Source: Bugula neritina (Eukaryota > Animalia > Bryozoa). Taken from it: a DNA stretch of 64,000 nt. The notes under the pieces are model-generated. The model was not told the DNA's origin. It did no database searches and saw only the letters and a program-made list of their open reading frames with translations. The translations under genes were made by a program, and so were the position numbers. Positions 54,201 through 64,000 of this stretch are shown here, piece by piece (position 1 is the stretch's first letter; every line of letters begins with the position of its first letter). The DNA lies in the NCBI GenBank assembly GCA_964035545.1, contig OZ037766.1, positions 14,994,722-15,058,721 of the forward strand. The letters are read 5' to 3'.

Positions 54201-57200
54201 TACAATAAAGCTATTGTTATAAAACTTCTATATAATATTATGATTATTTGCTGTTATGGTTTTAGACAGGAAATGCTTCACATTTATCTTGGGCAATGCC
54301 TGAAAAGATTGGGCAACTGGTTGACCGTGCTCTATCCAGAGCTTGGGATAGTGATAAAGATGAAACGCCGCTAGTCATTGTAAAAAAGATGATCAAATGG
54401 GGGAATTTTATTTCTGTCTGGAGGTTTTACCGTAAGTTTCATCAGGTTTAACTTATGTCGTTTAACTTAATTACATTTTTAATGTCATAAATCAAAAGAC
54501 ATTTTTTTTAGTTCTTGTTGCACTTTTAGTTCCTAGGCGGCATGTCAGTACAGCATTATCAACTATCAACTTTCAACAAAATTATATAATTTTCATTTAC
54601 TGTATATATGTATATATTTATTGTATATAATGAAGGAGGCTTGAAATATATTATAAGCTTTAAAAATACTTTTAGTACAAATCTTTACTGCTAAGTGACT
54701 TATTCACATTGGTGCTTTAAAACTTTGGACAAACTTGTCATTAGTATGTTATTGTGTTGAGTGTATTTTGATACACTGAAAAAATCAAATTGCTTTGCAA
54801 TATTTTGAATTAACTTTTGTAAAAAATGTTTTGATGTGTTGTGTGGAAAGAAGGGGGGAGGCGATAACATTTATAATTTTACAAATACCTAACTTGAATT
54901 TAAAAGTTTCATGTGTTTGTCTTGCTGCAGACACTTATTTTCCAAGTAATGCATAGGTGCCTTAGTTTTCCCAATTATACCTATGCATGCGTCTCTATCA
55001 TATAGTTGTTAGTATGATGACTTACATTACACCTTGTTTCATTCCTATAGCCAATCCACTACTCATTTTGTAGTGAGGGTTGCTAGTCTAATATAACAGC
55101 CAGTTATTTTCATATTATGTGTAATGCTTTATGGATCAGGGTGGGAGTTATTAAAAGCCTATCAAGGCATTCCCAGTGTATGACTGAGCATTCTTAGGGA
55201 GTAGGCTGACTGACACTATTTTATAAGCAATTGAAAACGTACTTTTCATAAGAGTTGAAACTTCCATTGGTGGTAGCAAGCATTTATTGACAAATAAGTC
55301 AAATAACATACTTATTCACTCAATTTATTACTCATCCCAAAATTGTAACCATTGTCGATTAATTCTAACCCACTCAGCCTATATCGTTATAATTAAATTT
55401 TTTGTCAATATAGTAAATAATATATGAATAGGCATAATGATAATACAAAATTATCATCCTGGTAGAAGCATTATTTTATTTGAAAAACTTTTCTTTGTTT
55501 TACTCAACATGATTGAACTCTGCAGTGTCTTAATTAAAATGTTTTCTATTCTGAAGCATTTAGTGAAGGGAGAAAATTAATTAGTTTGCAAAATCTTGAT
55601 AACGAAATTAAATAATGACATTGGTTTATTTAATATTTAAAATTAGTCATAAACCTGTATTATTGTTTAGATAATCTTTCTGAAGACTTGAAAGATCGAA
55701 TTTCTTCTGTCAACGAGAGTCGTCTGATTCTAGCAGCTGATTCCCTGGACTCGGTATTGAGAGATATTATGAGTGGGAAGATTCTATTTAAAAACTTTAG
55801 TCACTTTTATGAAAATAAATCTAAGCTGCTAGAGCTCTGTGAAGTGTCTAAAAAGTTCTCTCTAACTGACATTGCCCAAGTGTTGGAGGTGAAGGAGGAA
55901 GGACGAAAAAGATTCCTAGAATTCAACGAACTGCTTAGTAATTTTTTGAGCTTCTGTAGTGATACAATTGCAGGTATTATATCATTATAATTTGAACTTT
56001 GGACATTTTAATTTTACATTCTACTTATAATATGCTCTGTTTGCATTTGTTGCGTCTTCAGCATAATTTGATTGACATATTATATTAGATTTGGTACAGA
56101 ATAATTGTAAACATTCGATGTGGTAACAAGTTTTTAATTTTTATATATTATCCTTTTTTAAAGCTTTTAGAACATCCTATATATGGGAGTCATTGATGCT
56201 ACAAAATCTCAACCATGATGATTGTTTATGACCGAAATAATTGTTAAATTAATGAAAGTTACTTACTATGTGAATAGATATGTTTGGCAAGATTAGTAGT
56301 AAAGTAAAAGTGCAAAAATGGTAGAGATAGTAAGTGCAGAGGTCTACTGGGAAATAGTATTGCAGTGCTAGTTGCAATGCTATACTATACTGTACTATGC
56401 TATGCTATTGTTTGGCAGATTGTCACTGATATGTCATTATAGCATCTGGTTTATTTTACCCAACCAGACGAGACACTCGTGGAGTACTCATGGAAACAGC
56501 AACAAGTTGCAGAAATGAGTTTTGAGGAAGTCCTGACAGAACAGTCTGAAATTATCTGCCCATTCTTGATTGACGAAGTGAGGGAAATCCTTGAGCCTTT
56601 CAAAATTCACAAATCTAGAACGGTCTTTTATCAGACCATGATCAGAAAACTCAAAAAGATTGAAAATGGAACTATGGATGATGTTGTTCATGCTTATCAT
56701 GAGGCCATCAACGAATATGCATCAATTGTTGCACTTTTCACCAAAGGTTAGTAACATACTGTTATATAAAGTCAGAAGATGACGAATTTAAAATTACTAA
56801 CTTGTAATAATCTTTTTCATTATTCTACGTTGTTTTTCTGTAATCACAGGTTCTATAAACATTCAACAGTTAAAGGAGTTGCAGAGCAAATATTTTGCAA
56901 ACAACCTGCAAAATCTTGTTGATGAATTGGAGCACATGCTTGAGGAAAAAGCATTTCAGGAGCGAAAGCGCCAAATAGAAATGTGCACACATCTTGACGA
57001 GTATGTGAATGGGGCCAAGACTATGTTGATGATGAAAAAGCATTTCAATTTAAAAGGAGATTTTTCCAACATGACTAGCATTCTAGAATCTGTAAGTAAA
57101 TCAAACTTAGCGAGTTTATCTGTGAAAAACTTTTAATAAAACTTGAAAAACTCAATCTTGTGAGATTATTTATTTTTACTTCAGAAGTCATTTGGTTGCC

Positions 57201-60200
57201 TAACTATTAAATTTGTTATAAAATTCTAGGAAACCCAACAAGTCGAGTTGAAGGATATAAGCCAAGAACTACTTGAAAGTGCAAACAGTATCAAGGATAT
57301 TACTCCTGCGCAAATAAGCTGCCTTGAGGCTTTTGCTGAAAGCACAGATTTTGTTGAGTGGATTCGGGAAGAAGTTCCTAGTAAGGCTCTCAATACATGA
57401 AGCTATGCTGTACTATGTAATAAGAATTTTCTCTAGTTGTACACATGTGCTTGTTATAAGCAAAATCTTGTAGTTGTTATTTTAATTTTCAAATGGATTG
57501 GCTATTAACAAGCACACGGCTTGAAAGGAATAGTTAAAAAGTACACCTTGGTAGTTTCTTTGTGTTTTTTAAGTGATAGATTTCAAGTAGAATTCTCTTG
57601 CTGAACCTTTTATTAGACTGAATCACAGAATACAGGTTTATTTTTACAGTTGATGATAGATTGTTTATATTTTGAAAGTTCATATCATCTCTATCTATCC
57701 TGTTGTAGAGAAAGACATCAGCACCTTCATTGAGTTGGCTAGCAGTACTGGTGAAGATGACTTGGCTGTGCAGAAGACGAGATATCTGCGGAACGCTTTG
57801 ACTGGATACACACCTCTGCTGTATGACTTTGAAGAAATGGAAGCTGACTATAATGTGTTTATTGAGCGATGTCAACGAGTTTGGGAAACATTGGCTCAAA
57901 ACCAAGATTTGGAGAACAACATGGTAAGCTACATTCTTTCATAGACTGTGCTCATTGTTTAGCATAGTGGTGTTTTTCTGCTGGTTGTATTGATTATTAC
58001 TAAATTTATTTTGTAGAGAGAATCTGCAGCAGAACTGGAGTGGATCAAGAGAGTCAAAAATCATTTTGGAAATGTTGAGTTAAAATCCATGGCACAAGCG
58101 ACAGCTATTAATGAAAATGGGCTCTATTATGTCGGAAATATATCTACTCACAGCAAAGATTTTAAAGTAGGTTTTACAGAATGCACTGGCTAGCTGTGCC
58201 TAAAACTGAATTTGTAGCATATGATATCAATTTCAACTTTTTAAAAGTCTTTTGTGATTTAAAAACTATAAATTATTTAACTAGGATACTTTATAGAATG
58301 TAGTATATAAATATATAAACATGTCTGGAACGATTATTCAATTCAATAACTCAATGCCCTTACTTTTTTTTATTTGATTTTCCATTTTTTATTCTGTTCT
58401 GCTCTAGCTCCTGTATACTTACTATTCTATTTAACATTATTATGTTTCAGTCTATACTCTATGAATTTCATATTCCAACAGTCGCCTAAGGATGTGATGT
58501 TGCTAAAATGTAAGCTGGAAGACAAGGGTGAAATGGTAGAGAAAACATACACCTACTCTGACTTGAAGGACTTGCAGAGTAAACTAACTCTAGTGGCAGG
58601 AGAACAGCAGAAGGATAACAAACAAACCATTCTTAAGTTTGATGCTGTAAATACTTTTTGTCATATTTGGCAATTTGGAAAAAACTTCAATTTATAAATT
58701 TTAGCTAGATTTGAATTAAAGCTATGCGTGATTATTGGAGTTACATATTAGTTTTAGTATGAAAATATGCAAACCATAATTGGTGGAGGTATTATAGTGT
58801 ACACATGTTTTACTGGTGATTCTGTATCTTCTATTCCTCTGATTTTTGGCCAACTGCAGCTATTGTTTTTACAGATGAGAGATGCAGTGGAGAATCTGGC
58901 CAAAGCCTACATTGAAATAAGGAAAGAGGGTTGTATACAGTTTGATGACATGTTGGTGATAGTTCACTGTAGACCTCAAGATACTGTTGGTATTGAAATC
59001 AAACTTCAATCCATCAACAAAGTAATGGTTGGAAAAAATAGAGAAAAGAGTGGTGGTGCTTTGACACTTTGCCAGGATCTGTACGCATATTTGAACAATT
59101 GTGTCATTGAATGGCGGAAAAATATGAATCAGTACAGAAGGTGTGCATTTAAATTATGATTGAACATATTGAACAAATACTTTTCAAACTTTCCAATTTC
59201 ATATTCTGTATTGCTATTTAGAAGTATAAAGACAAAATGCCTTTCTATTGTAATTTATCTAGTTCATAATGACTAAACTGCATATAGCAGTTATGGTTTA
59301 TAGGAAAAGAATACCAAAATATTTTTTAATCATGAAAAAATATCAATTTGTTTCATTATTTTACAAAAATTTTCAACAATTTAGTTTTCTCCAAAATCTA
59401 TAGACAAGATGGCACAGGATCATATGTTTTGCTACAATGGACTACATCTTTGATTTATTGGTGAGCATAAGTATTTTAGTTGATTTAAACTAGTATGCTT
59501 GTTTCAGTTCTCACCCCCATCTCAACTTCTATACAACTGAACAGTTGGTTGTTCTGAGGAAGGAACTTGGCCAATTCTTGGATACTAAAGATGCAAACTC
59601 TCTAACAAAGGTATTTAATGTGTTGTATTCAGCATGAGAGTAGTTACTGCCATGTTTGTCTGAATATGTATCTCTCTGTTATATCTAGCAGAAATGGCGA
59701 TTTTCAGTTGTAATAATTAATCCAATTTAGTGACAAAATGAAAACAGATACTTCATTTTGTTTGGACAAAGTTTCTTTTGCAACATGTATATGTTTTAAA
59801 CTCTATTCTGTCGTTAGATTTAGCTAATGTGTTGTATTTGTTCCAGGCTCTGCCTCTGCTAGCTCTGATATACTCAGTAGATCCAGCTCTTCTTCTCAAG
59901 TTTATCACAGAGTTTTCAAAGTTGTCAGAGGAGACAGAAGCAGAAACAGTGACCGGAAACCAGAAACCATCTATGAAGACATTTTTACCATACAACAAAA
60001 TGTCTAATTCTCAGCAAGAGCTTGTAGACAGTCTACAAGAAGAGCATGAAGACTTCGATGAATTTCTGGCAGTTCAAGCTGTCAATGAGCTGGGAGAGAA
60101 TGAGGAACTATGTAAGTTATGTTTTGTAAATATTATATTGGAATAATGCAAACTGGTTTGAAATGAAAGTATGTTGTTCCTCCATGAAAAACAAGGAATG

Positions 60201-63200
60201 CATGCTGTTGGACATGCCTTGCTACACTGAGGCATTAAACGCTTACGTAAAAATAACTCTTGTTTTTATTTTCTCCAGCTGCACCATCAAGTTTTTAACT
60301 GATTATTTACCAAAAATAAGAGATTAATCAGTCAACTTTTTCCATAGCTCGTTTTATGGAATGGATTGACACTCACACCAGGGAGCTGAAAGCAGCTGAG
60401 GAGGCAGCAAAGGAGTCTGCTCCAACTAGTCTTAAAACCTCTGAACAAATAATGAGAAGCTTAATGGAAGAGCAGTAAGTTGCAGCAATTTCATATTGTT
60501 TTAGAAATGCTAACAAATTTATAAACATTTATAGTTATTCTAAAACTAAATTATTAAAATTACTTGTCAATAATGTGTTTAATAAAGTCGTTAGCATAAA
60601 ACTCAATTTTTGAATAGCAAAATAGCGGAATAGCTATTATTCTTGCCGACACCAATTAGTCATAATAACACTTTGTTTCATCCTGTAATGTGTTTTATAC
60701 AATTAAATTATTTCATATAATGTCTGAATTACGTACATGAGTGTACATTGACTAGATGGGCATGGCTAGTAAACTCTATTGCTGTTATCTAGAACTTCTG
60801 GTCTACAAGAACAACTCGACAAATTGTGGACTGGATTCATTGAACTCACTAGCAAAAGCATCAAGGACTTTCTCAGTGTCACACATCTCGCACATGTGCT
60901 CAGCAAACTTTATGGTAGGTATATCATTTTGTTGAAAAACTACAAAGAATTTCTGGTACAGTGCTAAATTGACTTGTTGAGTTGTTAGTGATCACAAGTG
61001 TGTGACTTAAAGATATAAACCAGACATTCCGGACCCAATGCTCTTGAGCATTAAATGAAACACAGGTTGTGCATGATTGCAACTGTGAAAGTGTAGCTCA
61101 AATTATACTGACTGACACTAGCAATTGTTAGGTTTACTTTTACACACCTTATGGCCTGGTCTAATTTAAAAATTCAGCATTAGAAACTAGTACTCTTAAA
61201 ATATTCATAATTATCAGAAAAAATCAGTAATGCTTTAAATGTAATTCAGTCACACCAATGAAAACTTTGTTTACTACATTACTCATGCTTTAATTGACAG
61301 AGACAGAGAAAATAATGTCAGTCCTTTAATATGAGTGTCTACATGCTTAACTAAGTGATAAAAACTTTAATAGCACTTTTATTGATATTTCAATATCTTC
61401 CAGATACTCCTTTAAATTAAGATTTCAAACGGAAAGACAGCTAATGTGTTTGTTGTCAATTTCTACCATGTCTAATGACCGTAACAGTAATGGAGTCATT
61501 GAAGTAAATTTTTTACCTGTCATCTTGATTTAGTTTTGTGTTTAGACGTAATTAATTTAAAAGTTTTTAAATAGGACTTCTTATGCTATTTCTATTTAAT
61601 TAGTCCAGCTACCCTCGTAAGTGATCTAAATTTGTTTTTTGCAGATGCCAAAGAAAATAATCAAGCAAAGAGAAAGCTTCCTAATTGGTTACCACGTGGA
61701 AAGCCATGTCTAATTGCATCACCACAAAGTATTTCACATTATTTTATCTGGAAATATGAATAATTCTTCATTACTGTTTGTCTGTCTGTATCATCCCCAC
61801 TGCAAATGACATTTTTTATTTAGTGTATAGTAGTCCTAGAGAGCAAAAGTGACTGTTGCTGTGGGAAATGATGGTTTGCCTGTTTATTTTTGACTAAACA
61901 AATTTGTTAGCAATCAGTATGTAATGCTAAAAAGTAGTACAAAACATAGGAAAAGAAAATTATAATGAATATAATTAGCTCTATTATCAATACACATCTA
62001 TATATAATGTTTGGTCACTGGCATAAGTAAATGATTTGATATCTATTTTCTCAGATTTTTTTTCAAGTGAAATCAAAAATACTGATTTTTAGTACATGTG
62101 GTGCTCAGAACTGCTGCAGAAAATAATATTTGGTGATTTTTGTTTCTTTGTAGAATTTGTTAATATTTGTTTTCTCATAAAAAGGGTAACGAATGCAATA
62201 AATTTCAAAACGTATGGTCACTAATGCACTAATTCAACACTTACGTATCTACGCTGGAATACAGATAATATGTAAAGTGCATTAATACATCCACAATGTT
62301 TCTATATAGATAAGCTAAATGCAATTATGTTGACATTCAGGTAAAGTGTATCAAATGGTACTGACTCTGTATGAATCAGATTCCACCTACAGTTTTCCCA
62401 CCAGAAATGAAGTTCTCATATGTAACAAGAGAACTCGATGTGAAGAGGTCAGTTTATTGGTTTCTGCTGTTCATTTTTGCCACATCATAAGGATATTTTA
62501 TACTTTTAATATTAAGATAGAGTTGAATCTATTACATGTAATTTAAAAACATCAATATGACTACAATGCAAATAATTTTTTTAAATTTTGCATTACTTTC
62601 ATGCACCAGAGTTGTATTGTTTCACAAATTAAGATTAGTTGCCTTTTTTTAACAAATGCTTATGTTTTGTCATTCTCAAATTTTTATTTTCATTTTCAGG
62701 TAGCTTTGTTTCTGAACAGAGCTTTGAATGACCCTCGGTCTTTCTACTGTATGGTAAACTGTCACCTTCTGGACTATGAGGTGTGCAGAGTTGTAGAAAA
62801 CAGGCTAAGTAACACAGCAGATGATACAGTCAAAGACTATGGTCTTGCTTTCATATATGCTGAAGAGAAGCGAGATGCTAGAATACGTGCCTACTTGGAC
62901 AAACATTTGGTGAAGAACCCAGAGCTAACAGATCTTCAAAGACTATCAAATTATGTTCTGCAAATGCTGACTGTTCCTGAAGAAGTTACCAAAACAGCCT
63001 GTTCAGTGGACAAGTCAAGGTATTGCAGTTTACAACTAATATACCACTGCTTTCTTGGCGGTATTTCCTTTGTTTGTAAAAATTAACTTTTTGATAAGAT
63101 TCTTCAGTCACCATTTTTATGTTTGGGTTTCTAAATTCACAGTTTATAAAATTGATGAGTTTTCTACAGTTTTAATTTATTTGAGTTTCACCATGTTAAG

Positions 63201-64000
63201 CTGGTTAAACAAAAAAAGAACTTCTAGCTGTGGTGGTCTAATTAAATTTGCTGATTGTGTAATACTTTTCATGTGGTGACTTGATTTATGTTTGTTTTGA
63301 CTAGATCATTCTGCAGACTGATAAGATCCAGGAGGGCTGGAGTTGGCAAGTCTCTCCAGAGAGATGACTTGGTAGCTGCACTAAGAAAAGACAAGAGACT
63401 TCATGGCAAGGACATCACCATTCCTATTTATAAGGCTATCGACACTGATCACATCATTCACAGGCTGACTGAGGAACTTGGTAATGGGTACACTGATTCC
63501 CCCCACAACACCATTCATATTGACATTGCTCATGAGGTATATTTAGATCTCTTCTCTTCATTCTTTCTACTAAAACGATACTTTAATGTTTAATATTTAA
63601 TTACTTTCCGATCTCTGTTGTTTTCTGTACCTGAGCATTTAGCTGTTCTGTGAATATTTATTTAGTACATTATTGAATCCCTGACATGATAATAGCATTC
63701 ACTGCAATTTTAGGTTGATTCTGGTGTGGATGAACTTCTGTTCAACCTGATTATACTGAGAAGTATTGTAAACTCTGAAGGTGTGGTATGGCAGGCACAG
63801 AATACTCAGTACTACATTATTGAGTGCATGCCTTTCACCAGAAAGGTAAGCTGAAATTGATGGAGATGGTAAAAATACTGAATCTAACTATATTCAGTAG
63901 TATTTGTACATATTAAAAGCACATGCTTCTCATTATTATAACTTCTGTAGGATGGTAGTTGTGCTCACGAGGTGATGGAAATGTTACCAACAACCATGTG
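36235..64000 (+). CDS. RNF213: RNF213/mysterin-like giant AAA+ ATPase / E3 ligase, 5' part; continues past the window end
   Basis: Many exons, in phase where I checked (e.g. 36235-36700, 36983-37178, 38407-38512, 41919-43264, 45838-45981, 46388-46554, 46982-47280, 48669-48952, 49603-49812, 55671-55973, 62700-63019, 63305-63536). RNF213-like motifs: N-terminal CxxC…PKFCQECG, CBM20-like YKY…YE…NRHLEI, WILFIPLLH…WWG, YSDLKDLQSKLTLVAG, LNFYTTEQLV, PTRNEVLIC…EEVALFL, first AAA Walker A SRRAGVGKSL near 63330. Confidence 0.9.
37179..38312. repeat. 20-bp minisatellite (GTGAGTGACTAGTTGTATAT), about 57 copies, intronic
   Basis: Strict 20-bp register; begins at the intron's donor GT. Confidence 0.98.
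40545..40725 (+). repeat. Coding 18-bp repeat (S/TLPSTG/D), about 9-10 copies
   Basis: In frame within a likely RNF213-like exon (about 40415-40797). Confidence 0.85.
42331..42801 (+). repeat. Coding 24-bp repeat (QQTEQPPV), about 19 copies
   Basis: In frame within the large exon 41919-43264. Confidence 0.95.
47341..48450 (-). mobile_element. Decayed Gypsy 3' remnant (integrase C-terminus, PPT, probable LTR) in an RNF213-like intron
   Basis: YQSSSNGVTKR (degenerate YHPxSNGxxER), VGDHIYSKP…C…W, purine run AGAAGATCAGGGAGAA followed by TGT near 47655. Confidence 0.5.
49380..49535 (-). mobile_element. SINE copy, same family as 12453-13452
   Basis: Reverse complement matches 13300-13390 (CTCCTGTGCC…TCCTT…CCATCAG…TTTCTCA). 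Confidence 0.65.
50465..50572 (+). mobile_element. SINE 5' portion (tRNA head plus conserved block)
   Basis: TAGTGGTTAG A-box-like and GGTTCTAGTCC B-box-like motifs; GGTGATGTTAGGATGAGCATCCAGTCATA shared with 13272-13300. Confidence 0.7.

Overview
AT-rich, intron-containing eukaryotic (invertebrate metazoan-like) DNA with three host genes and many transposable elements. (1) A complete 7-exon flavin-containing monooxygenase gene on the minus strand (243-16091). Its 10.5-kb second intron holds a nested stack: a tRNA-derived SINE, a 744-bp MITE inside the SINE, and a full-length 7454-bp Ty3/Gypsy element with apparently identical 305-bp LTRs inserted into the SINE's 5' target-site duplication. 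(2) A divergent LRRFIP1/2-like coiled-coil gene on the minus strand (about 18.3-24 kb). (3) The 5' part of a large RNF213/mysterin-like gene on the plus strand (36235 to past the window end) with four N-terminal zinc ribbons. Between genes 2 and 3 lie a degenerate Tc1, a BEL/Pao remnant, RTE LINE fragments, microsatellites and a complete minimal hammerhead ribozyme. The best novelty candidates are an intact non-env third ORF with C2H2-type zinc fingers in the Gypsy element (possibly joined to integrase by splicing), that element's insertion at the position of a Pol III start site, the hammerhead, and tandem repeats built from splice sites at the RNF213-like 5' end. All family assignments come from motif recognition by eye; no database searches were run.
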